Shown piece by piece: positions 10,090 to 19,336 of a stretch of 64,000 nt of DNA; position 1 is the stretch's first letter, and the number at the start of each line of letters is the position of its first letter. The DNA comes from Candidatus Multivoradales bacterium (GTDB lineage: Bacteria; Acidobacteriota; Thermoanaerobaculia; Multivoradales; JAHEKO01). Location of the stretch: assembly GCA_965212505.1 (NCBI GenBank), contig OZ243123.1, forward strand, positions 4,624,313-4,688,312, given 5' to 3'. Under the pieces are notes generated by a model. It did no database searches. It saw nothing but the letters and a program-made list of their open reading frames with translations, and had not been told where the DNA came from. Position numbers and translations under genes: made by a program.

Positions 10090-10844
10090 CTGGCTCTTCT
10101 CAGCAGTTCCTGAGCCGCCGCGAGGTACGCCTCGGCGCCGCGGCTCTTGATGTCGTAATCGAGAATCGGTACGCCGTGACTTGGAGCCTCGGCGAGCCGA
10201 ACGTTTCTTGGGATGACCGACTCGAAGACTTTTCCGGCGAAGTGGCGCCGAACCTCGCCCTCGACCTCTTTCGAGAGGTTCGTTCGCTCGTCGAACATCG
10301 TCAGAAGGATGCCGGCGATACCCAACCGACGGTTCGCTCCGGACTGCACACGCCGGATCGTTGTCAGCAGCTCGCTGATGCCCTCGAGTGCATAGTACTC
10401 ACACTGCAAGGGAACCAGGACTCCATCCGCCGCGGCGAGAGCGCTCACGGTCAGGTGCCCGAGCGATGGCGGGCAATCGAGGAGCAGCACGTCGAACGAA
10501 TTGCGACTCTCCCGGATCGCGTTCGCCAGCCGGGCCTCCCACCCATCGAGCCGCACGAACTCCACCTCTACTCCGACGAGCTCCCGATCCGAGGGCACGA
10601 GGCTCAGGTTCGGAAAGCTCGTCGAACGAATCGCATCCGCGAGCGGCACACCATCAGAGAGCACGTGGTACAGCGTGGGGTGCTCCGCTTCGACGCCCAG
10701 CCCGCGACTCGCGTTTCCCTGCGGATCACAGTCGACGAGGAGTACTCGCTTCTCCAGGGCGGCGAGCGCCGCACCGAGATTGATCGCGGTCGTCGTCTTG
10801 CCGACGCCACCCTTCTGATTCACCACTGCGAGTACGTTTTGCAT
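10086..10844 (-). CDS. parA: Chromosome partitioning ATPase ParA (Soj)
   Basis: Deviant Walker A NQKGGVGKTTTAINLGAALA. Start moved to MQNVLAVV, overlapping the rsmG stop. Confidence 0.9.
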   Translation of the reverse strand: MQNVLAVVNQKGGVGKTTTAINLGAALAALEKRVLLVDCDPQGNASRGLGVEAEHPTLYHVLSDGVPLADAIRSTSFPNLSLVPSDRELVGVEVEFVRLDGWEARLANAIRESRNSFDVLLLDCPPSLGHLTVSALAAADGVLVPLQCEYYALEGISELLTTIRRVQSGANRRLGIAGILLTMFDERTNLSKEVEGEVRRHFAGKVFESVIPRNVRLAEAPSHGVPILDYDIKSRGAEAYLAAAQELLRRAR

Positions 10845-11500
10845 CAACTCGTTTGTTGTGAGGACGCCGCCCGGATCTGCTCGATCCTGCCGCGGCCTTC
10901 CCCAAGTTCTATCGAGCGCAGGCTTTCGAAACCCGCAGGTACTTCCAGCGCTGCGCTGGCCCAGACGAGGAAGGAGCCGCCCGGACGAAGCCTCCCGCCC
11001 AGAGCGCTCATCCACTCTGGTTCCAACCGGAGCGCTCGCGCCGTCACCCGATCGAAAGACTCCGGGAATGAAGACGGCAAAGCGGCGGCGACTCTAGCAT
11101 TCAGGCAGATGCACTCCAACGAGGAGCGATCCGCGACAGACCGCAGAAAGGCCCACTTACGCTGCCGGGGCTCAACAAGAACAACCTCCAGATCAGGGCG
11201 CGCCGCCGCGATCACGAGCCCCGGGAAGCCGGCACCCGACCCCACGTCGACCACAGGGCCGGCGGCGCCATCCAGAAGAGGCAGCACCGCAAGACTCTCC
11301 AGGAAGAGACGTTCCACCACCCACTGCGCCATTCCGCTGCCGACCAGCGCAACTCTGCGGTTCCAGCGCCGCAGCTCTCGATAGTGCTGATACATCGAAG
11401 CCGCGGACGCGCGAGGAATCGCAGAGGCGGAATCCCAACCCAATCGGTCAAGAAACTGGTCTTCGCTAAGATCTGGCAGCTCGACGCCCATGAAGCTCAC
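10844..11500 (-). CDS. rsmG: 16S rRNA (guanine527-N7)-methyltransferase RsmG (GidB)
   Basis: SAM-binding VVDVGSGAGFPGLVIA and the conserved gidB-parA-parB synteny. Confidence 0.85.
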   Translation of the reverse strand: MSFMGVELPDLSEDQFLDRLGWDSASAIPRASAASMYQHYRELRRWNRRVALVGSGMAQWVVERLFLESLAVLPLLDGAAGPVVDVGSGAGFPGLVIAAARPDLEVVLVEPRQRKWAFLRSVADRSSLECICLNARVAAALPSSFPESFDRVTARALRLEPEWMSALGGRLRPGGSFLVWASAALEVPAGFESLRSIELGEGRGRIEQIRAASSQQTS

Positions 11501-11532
11501 CCTCGCCCTGAGACTACCGCTGACCGCGCCCC

Positions 11533-11595
11533 TGTTTCACGGGGAACGTGACGGTGAAACAATCGAGGTTCCACGTGAATCCTGACGGTGAAACA
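11533..11595. promoter_or_regulatory. parS-like centromere motif cluster (split palindrome TGTTTCAC-N13-GTGAAACA, a 12/16 palindrome GGTTCCACGTGAATCC, and a second GTGAAACA)
   Basis: Perfect left and right halves of the TGTTTCACGTGAAACA consensus at 11533-11540 and 11554-11561, a near-palindrome at 11567-11582, and another right half at 11588-11595. All sit just upstream of rsmG-parAB. Confidence 0.45.
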
Positions 11596-11931
11596 ACAGC
11601 GGCGCTGAACCTGACAGAGTTCGAGGAGGGCTTCCTGGTCGGAATCCTCGTGGGCGAAGGGCATTTTGGGGGCGACGGCCGCCAGCCGCATGTCACCCTC
11701 CGAATGCACACCGACCACGAGGCCCTCTTCCTTTGGCTCGAAAGGCGTCTCCCTGGATCGAGGCTCTACGGGCCCTACCACCATGGCGGCCGAAGCTACT
11801 TCCAGTGGATGGCCCGCGGACCGTTCCTTCGGAAGCTCCTGCTGCCGCTCCTCGAGAGGCGGATCTCACCCGAGCTCGACACCAAAGCGTTCGAACGCTT
11901 CCAGGCGATGAAGAAACGCTACCGCCTGTAG
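11548..11931 (+). CDS. Small free-standing LAGLIDADG-like (homing-endonuclease-fold) protein, hypothetical
   Basis: Motif GFLVGILVGEGHFGG resembles LAGFVDGDGxF and is followed by an I-CreI-like hydrophobic pattern. The N-terminus is encoded by the parS-like repeats, so the true start may lie further downstream. The antisense ORF 11497..11784 is less protein-like. Confidence 0.4.
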   Translation: MTVKQSRFHVNPDGETTAALNLTEFEEGFLVGILVGEGHFGGDGRQPHVTLRMHTDHEALFLWLERRLPGSRLYGPYHHGGRSYFQWMARGPFLRKLLLPLLERRISPELDTKAFERFQAMKKRYRL

Positions 11932-13148
11932 GAATCGGAGCCGGCCGAGCGCTCTCCGGCGCTCGTGCGCACCATCACCCGCTTGAACAGCCCGCTGCCG
12001 TGACTCTCGGTCTCGACCCCCGGGTAGTCGGCCAGCGTGAGATGAACAATGCGCCGCTCATCTGGAGACATCGGCTCCAGGGTCTTCGGACGCCCCCCGT
12101 GCCGGACCTCGTCAGCCGCTCGCTGTGCCATGTCGCGCAGGCGCTCTTCGCGGATGTCGTGGTAGTTGTCGCTGTCCACTTTGCAGACTACCGAACGTCC
12201 GATCAAGCCCCGTACGACCCGCGGCAGGAGATGCTGAATAGCCAGCAGCAAACGGCCACGATCCCTCAGAAGTAGATCCTGGTCGGCTCCGCGTAGCTCG
12301 ATCTGAAGGTGCTCGTCACCCTGGAGGATCTCGCTCTCAACCACGAGGTCGGCCAACGAGAGGATGCTGTCGAGCGCCTTCGATGCGGCCTCCGCCTCTT
12401 CGCCCGTCGCTTTCGAGAACTTGGCCCCCGCGGGCACTGGCGCTTCGGCCAGCTCCACCCGGGTGCCCGCCTTGCTCCCGCCACGACCACGACGGCGGCG
12501 GCGCGAGCGACGGCGACGCGGGGGGCGGTTGTCCGACTCGTCCGCCGAACCTTCGGACTCTCGGGACGCCTCGGACTCCTCCAATCGGACGGGCGGTTCG
12601 TCGACCGTTTCGTCGGCCGGCTCGTCGACCGGCTCGTCAACGGGAGCTTCGGCCGAAACCTCGGCCGGTTGCATCCCTCGCTCTTCCGCCGGCTCCGGAT
12701 CCAGGCTCACGGCGGCGGCCATCTCAGACGGGGTCCACGACTCGGTCGGGAGCTCCGCAGAGCCCTCCTCAGAATCGGCCTCCGGCTCATCGAAGCGACC
12801 GACGGAGCTCGAGTCGTCGGTTCCCACTTCGAAACTCCACGTCGAACCGGTGGACCGATCCGCCTTCGGCTCGGGCGCGGCGTCCGCCGGCTCGACTGCG
12901 GGCTCTCGGTCGGCCGAAGTCGCGGTGGGTTCTACACTCGTCGAGATCGGCGCCACTCCCGACTCGCCACGTTTCGGGCTGAGCTCGTCCACTTCGATGA
13001 CCACCTTGCGCCGCACTTTGAGAAAGCCATGGCGCTTCTCGACGGTCTTGTAGTCGATCTCTCCCGGCAGCAGCTGAAAGTGCTGCGCGGCCTGATTCAG
13101 TGCGTGGGCCAGTGAGTCGCCCGAGAAAAAGCGTCGTTTCGAAGTCAT
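11919..13148 (-). CDS. jag: Jag/KhpB RNA-binding protein (Jag_N, KH and R3H domains) with long acidic/Pro-rich linker
   Basis: Jag_N region (FFSGDSLAHALNQAAQHFQL), a C-terminal KH/R3H region (RIVHLTLADYPGVETESHGSG), and position next to yidC. Confidence 0.8.
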   Translation of the reverse strand: MTSKRRFFSGDSLAHALNQAAQHFQLLPGEIDYKTVEKRHGFLKVRRKVVIEVDELSPKRGESGVAPISTSVEPTATSADREPAVEPADAAPEPKADRSTGSTWSFEVGTDDSSSVGRFDEPEADSEEGSAELPTESWTPSEMAAAVSLDPEPAEERGMQPAEVSAEAPVDEPVDEPADETVDEPPVRLEESEASRESEGSADESDNRPPRRRRSRRRRRGRGGSKAGTRVELAEAPVPAGAKFSKATGEEAEAASKALDSILSLADLVVESEILQGDEHLQIELRGADQDLLLRDRGRLLLAIQHLLPRVVRGLIGRSVVCKVDSDNYHDIREERLRDMAQRAADEVRHGGRPKTLEPMSPDERRIVHLTLADYPGVETESHGSGLFKRVMVRTSAGERSAGSDSYRR

Positions 13149-13176
13149 CTTTCTTCCTTCCATCTGACGTCCCGAG

Positions 13177-14888
13177 TCAGCCTGCGGCCTGTCGCTCTTT
13201 GAAGCGCTTGTACCCAAGCTGCTGAGCGATGCCCAGGACGTTGTTCGTCAGCCAGTAGAGAACCAGCCCGCTCGGGAAACCCAAAAACAGAATGGTGAAG
13301 AAGATCGGCATGAGCATGAAGATCCGACGTTGCATCGGATCGGCGGCACTCGGCGTGATCTTCTGCTGGAGAAACTGAGTGGCGCCCATGACAATGGGCA
13401 ACACGAGGAGTGGATCGGGCGATGCCAGATCCTGGATCCACCCAACCCAGGGGGCGTTGCGCAGCTCGATCGCCGTGCTCAGCAAGCTGTAGAAAGCGAA
13501 CAGAACCGGAATCTGCAGTAGAAGCGGCAAGCACCCGCCGGCGGGGTTGACCCCCTCTTGTTTATAGAGGGCCATGATCTCTTCGTTCTGCTTCCGCTGC
13601 ATCTCAGGGTTCGGGCGCCCCTGCTTGTCCTTCAGCTTGCTGCGGTACTTCTGGCGGATCGCCTGAATCTTCGGATTCAGCTGCTGCATCCGCTGCATCG
13701 ACACCACGCTCTTATGGTTGAGCGGGAAGAGAATGATGCGAATGCCCAGAGTCATGAGAATGATCGCCCAGCCGTAGTTGGAGACGATGTTGGCGTGGAT
13801 CCAACGCAACCCGATCAGGAGCGGCCGCGCGAGGAGCCGGAACGGTCCGAGCGCCACAGCCTTCTCGAGCCCGACCCCGAGCGACTCGAGATCCTCGTAG
13901 ACCTTGGGTCCCCAGTAGGCGTTGGCTTGAAGTCGGTTCGCCTGAGGTCGCACGAGAAGATCGAGCTCAGGAACGAAAGACTCCTCCTCGTCGCTCATGT
14001 CCGCCGGCCTCGAGCGAAAGCGCATCGGACTTCCCGGTTCGCCGAGAAGCGGCTCGAGCACCACCTGGTCCGGAGGGCCGCTGGTAAACACCAGCGCCGT
14101 CAGGAAGTAGGTGTCCTGGAGGCCGACCCAGCGGAGGTTCGTACCGGGGAGGATGACGGGGGCTTTCTCACCCTTCGGGTCGACCGTCTCGGTGTCGTCT
14201 TCGAGCGTTCGGTAGACGGCCGACTTCCGCTCGAAGCGATTCTCGAGCTCTTTCTCGGTCGGGTTGCGGATGCCGGGGCCCATGACGACACTCCGGCTGC
14301 GCCCGTCGTCGAACGAGATGTCGACCTCGAACAGGCTCCCGGCCGCAAACGTGAACCGCTTGGTCGCGGCACCCGCCGAGCCTCGGTAACGAAAGACGAT
14401 CTCGCCCCCGTTGCGATCCACCTGGAAGAGCACATCGTTGAGCGGCGACGGCTCGCCTCCCTGCTCCATCAACCCAAACGGATACGGCCTCGATTCACGA
14501 GCTCTCACCAGGTTGAGCGGCGCCCCGTCGCTGTTGGCGTGCTCCGCGAGCAGGAACGACACGAGCTGAGCTCCCCGGTTGGTGAACTCGGCACGGTACG
14601 TCTCGGTCTCGACGACCTCCGTCTGCTCTCTCTCGGCCGAGACCCCCAGCGCCGCCTGGGGCTCGTCGACCATCATGCTCGCCGCTGTCGATTCCGAGAC
14701 CGCGGAATCGAGAGGCGAGGTGGCGCCCGGCGGCGGCGCGCCCCCTGGCGCGATCGGACTCTGCTCCGCTGCCGGTGCCGAAGCCGGTTGGGTGAGCTGC
14801 GGCTCTTCGGTCGGCGGGAAGAGCCAGCCCCAAAGGGTTAGGACGCCGATCGAGAGAAGAATCGCGAGAAGAAAACGACGGTTGTCCA
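13177..14888 (-). CDS. yidC: Membrane protein insertase YidC
   Basis: N-terminal TM (NRRFLLAILLSIGVL), a periplasmic domain, and the conserved C-terminal five-TM core (GWAIILMTLGIRIILFPL..., PLLLQIPVLFAFYSLL). A TTG start with GAGGAG Shine-Dalgarno at 14888 is preferred over ATG 14919. Confidence 0.9.
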
Positions 14889-14899
14889 ATGCGTGCTCC

Positions 14900-15112
14900 T
14901 CAGGGCATGTCGACGCCACCCGGATGGAAGGGGTGACATCGAAGAATCCGGCCCGCCGCCTTGACCGAGCCTCTCCAGAATCCGTACTTCACGATCGCCA
15001 TCCGCGCATAGTCGGAACAACTAGGGATGAACCGGCAGGCACGCGGTAGAAGTGGTGACAAGAAGCGCTTGTAGAAACGGATCAGGCCGATCGCGGCTCG
15101 GCTCAGGAGGCT
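14900..15112 (-). CDS. yidD: Membrane protein insertion efficiency factor YidD
   Basis: [37 protein letters not shown] matches the YidD signature. Exact start is uncertain (non-ATG), and it overlaps the rnpA end. Confidence 0.7.
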   Translation of the reverse strand, partial: SLLSRAAIGLIRFYKRFLSPLLPRACRFIPSCSDYARMAIVKYGFWRGSVKAAGRILRCHPFHPGGVDMP

Positions 15113-15489
15113 TTGCGGCGCTCCGGCGTCAGGCTCCCGAGCTGTCTCAGAAGCTCCCGGCGGAGTCGATCGAAGCTCGCCGAAGCCATAGCCGGCTTGG
15201 CGTGAACCACCAGATCCAACGCCGGCAAACTGCTCCGCTCGCTCCATCTCCGATAGATCTCTCTGATCCGCCGCTTGAGCCGCACCCTGAGCACTGCGCC
15301 GCCGACCTTCTTGCTGACCGTCATGCCCAAACGGGCATGTCCCAGCTCGTTGGGAGCTGCATACAGAACCGCCAACGCGCCGTGCCGGCGGCGACCGGTT
15401 CGATAGCACCTCAGATAGTCGGACCGCTTGCGCAGCCGCTCTGCCCGCGTCAGGGACTCCCCGTCAGGGACCCCCGCCTTTCGGGCCAT
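15103..15489 (-). CDS. rnpA: Ribonuclease P protein component
   Basis: Basic protein with the RnpA pattern ([17 protein letters not shown]...[26 protein letters not shown]), immediately downstream of rpmH. Confidence 0.85.
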   Translation of the reverse strand: MARKAGVPDGESLTRAERLRKRSDYLRCYRTGRRRHGALAVLYAAPNELGHARLGMTVSKKVGGAVLRVRLKRRIREIYRRWSERSSLPALDLVVHAKPAMASASFDRLRRELLRQLGSLTPERRKAS

Positions 15490-15492
15490 GGC

Positions 15493-15627
15493 CTATACGG
15501 CCAGGCGCTTGCGCCCTTTTCTACGCCGGCGCGACAGGACCGCCCGCCCCTGTCTGGTTTTCATTCGCGAGCGGAAACCGTGCTTCTTCTTGCGGCGCCG
15601 ATTGTTCGGTTGAAATGTACGTTTCAC
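15493..15627 (-). CDS. rpmH: 50S ribosomal protein L34
   Basis: Manual translation: [44 protein letters not shown], 44 aa with a GTG start. Missing from the ORF track because it is below the 60-aa cutoff. Confidence 0.85.
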   Translation of the reverse strand: MKRTFQPNNRRRKKKHGFRSRMKTRQGRAVLSRRRRKGRKRLAV

Positions 15628-15727
15628 GACTGGTTATTCCACTAGATGATTTATCGATACCTCGCTGCCGGTCCTGAAAGTGTCCGACTCGACAGCGCGG
15701 AGCCAAGCGGCTATAAACAAACGAGTT

Positions 15728-15756
15728 AATTTAACCAAAAAAGGCTCGCAGGTCAA
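15728..15756 (-). promoter_or_regulatory. Sigma70-like promoter for rpmH-rnpA-yidD-yidC-jag (TTGACC-N17-TAAATT)
   Basis: On the minus strand: -35 TTGACC, 17-bp spacer, -10 TAAATT, about 90 nt upstream of the rpmH start. Local AT-rich island. Confidence 0.45.
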
Positions 15757-16012
15757 CGGTTGATGGCGCCACCAGCAGGGATTCTCTGATGGCACATCAT
15801 GTAGTGGGCTCTGCTCCCAGAGACACGACCTGTCGACCTTCTCGTCCGGTCGGAAGCGCGACTTCGACCTCTTCGCGCCGCCCTCTTCTTTGATCGTGAG
15901 ACTGGCAGACCGACCAGGTCCTCGGCGAGGTGGCGGACTGGCACATCTCGCTCCGACCTACGGTCGCCTCTGATCAAGGTGGTGCAGCCTATTCGTGGTC
16001 GGGTACTGAAAA

Positions 16013-16102
16013 TGGCGGAGAGGGTGGGATTCGAACCCACGGATCGCTTGCACGATCAACGGTTTTCGAGACCGCCCCGTTCGACCACTCCGGCACCTCT
16101 CC
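16013..16102 (-). tRNA. tRNA-Ser (anticodon CGA)
   Basis: Manual fold gives GGAGAGG acceptor, D-arm GCCGGAGTGGTCGAACGG, anticodon loop CUCGAAA, a long variable arm, T-arm GGGTTCGAATCCCAC, and CCA encoded. About 90 nt. Confidence 0.85.
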
Positions 16103-16188
16103 GCTTTTCGATTTCAGTACTACGACGACGACCCCAACCAGCGAGCGAAGCGATGCGCCCAACGCACCGTCTGCTTCACCCGGGGTGT

Positions 16189-16396
16189 TGGCGGAATCCA
16201 GTAAGAACGGATTCGTTCCGAGCCGGCCGGCATTCAACCGACCGACGAGTACCGAATCCCACCCGCGGAGCCAACGCGACCAAAGCAAGCGCTGGCGGAA
16301 TCCAATAGGAACGGATTCGCTCCGAGTCGCTCGGCGCTTAGCCGACCGACGAGCACCGAATCCCACCCTCGGAGCCAACGCGACCAAAGGAAGCGT
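16189..16396. repeat. Two tandem ~104-bp repeat units derived from tRNA-Ser 3'-end sequence (each begins TGGCGGAATCC... and ends ...CCGAATCCCACCC-GGAGCCAACGCGACCAAAG)
   Basis: Units 16189-16292 and 16293-16396 are about 85% identical. Each carries an antisense-like and a sense-like copy of the tRNA T-arm/acceptor 3' segment, but neither folds into a cloverleaf. Confidence 0.6.
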
Positions 16397-16486
<90 letters not shown>

Positions 16487-16536
16487 GATCATCATCCGGC
16501 CCGCATGACGCGGGCCTCTCTGCCAAAGAACCGGTC

Positions 16537-16974
16537 CTACCGGCGCCGCCGCAGCTCGGCGAAGAACTCTCGAAGGAGATCGCCGCACTCTTTGGCGAGT
16601 AGGCCGCTGGTCACGTCGAGCCGATGATTGAGCCGCCGGTCGCGGACCAGATCGCCGAGACTACCGCAGAATCCAGCTTTTGGATCTGCTGCGCCGTAGA
16701 CGAGCCGCTCGATCCGACTGTTGACGAGCGCACCCGCACACATGGCACACGGCTCGAGGGTGACGTAGAGCGCGCAGCGCTCGAGGCGCCAGTCGCCCAA
16801 CGCTCGCGCCGCTTCCGCGATCGCGAGGAGCTCGGCATGCGCGAGAGGATCACCGTCGACCTCGCGCCGGTTGTGGCCGCGCCCAACCACCTGACCCTCT
16901 CGAACGACAACCGCGCCCACGGGAACCTCTCCGAGCGACTCGGCGCGTCGCGCCTGTGCGATCGCCAGCTCCAT
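16537..16974 (-). CDS. tadA: tRNA-specific adenosine deaminase TadA
   Basis: HAELLAI and the zinc motif LEPCAMCAGAL (the CDA fold). Start moved to the internal MELAIAQARR; the upstream ORF extension overlaps ffs. Confidence 0.85.
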   Translation of the reverse strand: MELAIAQARRAESLGEVPVGAVVVREGQVVGRGHNRREVDGDPLAHAELLAIAEAARALGDWRLERCALYVTLEPCAMCAGALVNSRIERLVYGAADPKAGFCGSLGDLVRDRRLNHRLDVTSGLLAKECGDLLREFFAELRRRR

Positions 16975-17094
16975 CCACTCCTGATCGTTGCCGCCCACCG
17001 AAGGTCGAGACTCCCAACGCCGGATGTTAGCCGAGCCCTCGGGCCGGTACGTGTTTACATCCCCAAGGTCTCCCAATACGATGGGTGGTGAGCA

Positions 17095-17220
17095 GGGACC
17101 GAGGAAGGGTTCGGGTCCTGTGCACCGGCGGATTCCGAACCTCGTCAGGCCCGGAAGGGAGCAGCGATAAGGTCTCTTTGCCGGGTGCCGCAGATCAACC
17201 GGAACCCTTCCTCGACCCCT
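17095..17220 (+). ncRNA. ffs: Signal recognition particle RNA (4.5S / small SRP RNA)
   Basis: Domain IV core GUCAGGCCCGGAAGGGAGCAGC matches the bacterial SRP consensus GUCAGGUCCGGAAGGAAGCAGC. A terminal helix is formed by CGAGGAAGGGUUC (5') pairing with GAACCCUUCCUCG (3'). It lies immediately upstream of dnaX, a common synteny. Confidence 0.7.
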
Positions 17221-17239
17221 GCTCCTCAGTCCCCCTCTC

Positions 17240-19336
17240 ATGGCCTATCAAGTTCTCGCCCGCAAGTGGCGGCCGCAAGATTTCTCCCAGGTGGTCGGGC
17301 AGAAGCCGATCGTCACGGCGCTCCAGAACGCCCTGACCGAAGGAAGAATCGCGCAGGCCTATCTCTTTTCGGGCATCCGCGGCGTCGGCAAGACGAGCGT
17401 CGCGCGCATTCTGGCCAAGGCGCTCAACTGCGAACAGGGACCAACGGCAACGCCGTGTAACGAGTGCACCTCGTGCACCGAGATCACGGCCAGCAGCGGC
17501 ACGAACCTCGACGTTCACGAGATCGACGCCGCCACCCACTCGAAGGTCGAGCAGGTCCGCGACCTCACCGAGGGACTCAAGTACGGCCCAGCGCGCGATC
17601 GCTACAAGGTGGTCATCCTCGACGAAATCCATCGGCTCTCGCGTCAGGCGTTCGACGCTCTGTTGAAGATTGTCGAGGAGCCTCCAGCTCATCTCGTTTT
17701 CATCTTCGCGACGACCGAATCCGAGGCGGTTCCGGTCACCATCCTCTCGCGCTGTCAGGAGTTCCGCTTCCGGCGCGTTCCGTCACAAGAGCTGGTCGCC
17801 CACCTTCGGCGCTTGAGCGACGCCGAAGAGATCGAGGTCAGCGACGCCGCTCTGCGACTGGTCGCTCGTGCCGGCGATGGTTCAGTTCGCGACTCGGTTG
17901 CGCTCCTCGACCAGTTGGCAACCTTCGGCTCGGGGAAGATCCCCGATGAAGACGCCGCGCGGCTTCTCGGCGGCGTCGACCACGCGATCTTCTTCCGGCT
18001 CCTCGGCGCGATGATCGCCGGCGACTCTCGAGAGGTCTCTTCCGTCGTCACCGATGTCGCCGACCAGGGCTGGGACCCTCGACACGTCTATACCGAGTTC
18101 CTCAACTACGGCCGCGACGCGCTCCACCTCGCGCTCGGTGGCGATGCGGCTAGCGTCGAGCTGCCGACCGAGGAGACCAAGCGCCTCGCCGACCTCGCCA
18201 AACGAGCCGGCTACGAAAACCTCCTCCGACTCGTCCACCAGATGCTCGCCAGCGAGAACACCGTGCGGCGCAGCGAGATGGGTTCGCTGGCCTTGGAGAT
18301 CTGTTGGCTCCGCGCGGCTGAGCTGCCGAAGCTCGTGCGAGTCGAGGAGATCCTCGGAGGTCGCACGCCTGACGAGTCGGGCGAGGCGGGGCCGACGACA
18401 GCAACCGAAGACCCTTCGGGCTCGGGCCGCCTGTTCGGCGGCCGCGAAGAGGGTTCGGCCGAGATCGCGGCCAAGGTCCAGGCCGAGAAGACGCCAGAGC
18501 CGGCTCCTGGGCCCGAACCCAAGCCAGAGCCGGAAGCGCCGCTCGAAGTCGAGCCCGAGACCACCAGCGCTCCGACGCCGTCGGTCGCCGAGACCGCGCC
18601 CGTTGAAGAGAAGCCGGCCGAGGCCGAGCTAGCCGAGACAAAGCCAACCGAGACCAAGCCGGCCGAGACCGAGTTGGCCGAGACCAAGTCAGCTGAGACC
18701 AAGCCAGCCGAGGCCGAGCCGACCGAGACCAAGCCAGCCGAGGCCAAGCCGGCCGAGACCAGAGAGGCCGAGGCCAAACCAACCGAGCGGGGGACTGCGA
18801 CTCCGATCGAACCCGAAGGTCCTCCCGACGACGGCGCACCTCCGATTGGAGTGGAGCCGGCCCCCGAATCGGCGGTCTCCCAGCCGCCGAAGGCCAAGCC
18901 GGAACCGGAGGTCGAGCCCGTCACGGCCGCGGTCTCTGCGCACGACAACGGTCTGGTCGGAAAGTTCCTCGACGAGGTGAGCCGGCGCAAGCTGCCGCTC
19001 GCGGCGCACCTGCGCGAAGCTCGCACCATCGCTCTCGAGGGCGACGTCCTTCGCATCTACTGCGTCCCCGGCGACCCCTGGCTCAACATGAGATCGCTCG
19101 GGCGTCCGTCGAATCGCGAAGCGCTCGACGCCGCACTTCTGGCGGTTGCCGGCGAGAGCGCCACCTGGCGAGTGGTCGAGTGCGACGACGAAGATCTTCC
19201 GGCGGCTCCCATCAAGGAGCCCGAGGTAGAGCCCGCCGTGCAGGATCCCCGCGTGCAGAAGGTCCTCGACATCTTCGGTGGCCACGTCGAACCTCTGGAC
19301 GACCCTGCGGCCGACGCCGCGGAAAGGAAGCCATGA
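17240..19336 (+). CDS. dnaX: DNA polymerase III subunits gamma/tau
   Basis: AAA+ clamp-loader motifs (GIRGVGKTS, DEIHRLS, SRC motif) plus a low-complexity PE/TKPAE-repeat linker before the tau C-terminal domain. Confidence 0.95.
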   Translation: MAYQVLARKWRPQDFSQVVGQKPIVTALQNALTEGRIAQAYLFSGIRGVGKTSVARILAKALNCEQGPTATPCNECTSCTEITASSGTNLDVHEIDAATHSKVEQVRDLTEGLKYGPARDRYKVVILDEIHRLSRQAFDALLKIVEEPPAHLVFIFATTESEAVPVTILSRCQEFRFRRVPSQELVAHLRRLSDAEEIEVSDAALRLVARAGDGSVRDSVALLDQLATFGSGKIPDEDAARLLGGVDHAIFFRLLGAMIAGDSREVSSVVTDVADQGWDPRHVYTEFLNYGRDALHLALGGDAASVELPTEETKRLADLAKRAGYENLLRLVHQMLASENTVRRSEMGSLALEICWLRAAELPKLVRVEEILGGRTPDESGEAGPTTATEDPSGSGRLFGGREEGSAEIAAKVQAEKTPEPAPGPEPKPEPEAPLEVEPETTSAPTPSVAETAPVEEKPAEAELAETKPTETKPAETELAETKSAETKPAEAEPTETKPAEAKPAETREAEAKPTERGTATPIEPEGPPDDGAPPIGVEPAPESAVSQPPKAKPEPEVEPVTAAVSAHDNGLVGKFLDEVSRRKLPLAAHLREARTIALEGDVLRIYCVPGDPWLNMRSLGRPSNREALDAALLAVAGESATWRVVECDDEDLPAAPIKEPEVEPAVQDPRVQKVLDIFGGHVEPLDDPAADAAERKP

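Noticed and set aside
16189-16396. Two extra tRNA genes between the tRNA-Ser pair
   Set aside because: The repeats contain tRNA-like T-arm/acceptor fragments. I could not fold either unit into a cloverleaf with an anticodon arm, so they are called tRNA-derived repeats instead.
16975-17241. Long N-terminal extension of tadA (ORF 16537..17241)
   Set aside because: The extension runs antisense through the SRP RNA and is R/P-rich. Conserved TadA begins at MELAIAQARR.
18150-19056. Long minus-strand Arg/Ser-rich ORFs inside dnaX
   Set aside because: Antisense artefacts of the dnaX low-complexity repeat region.
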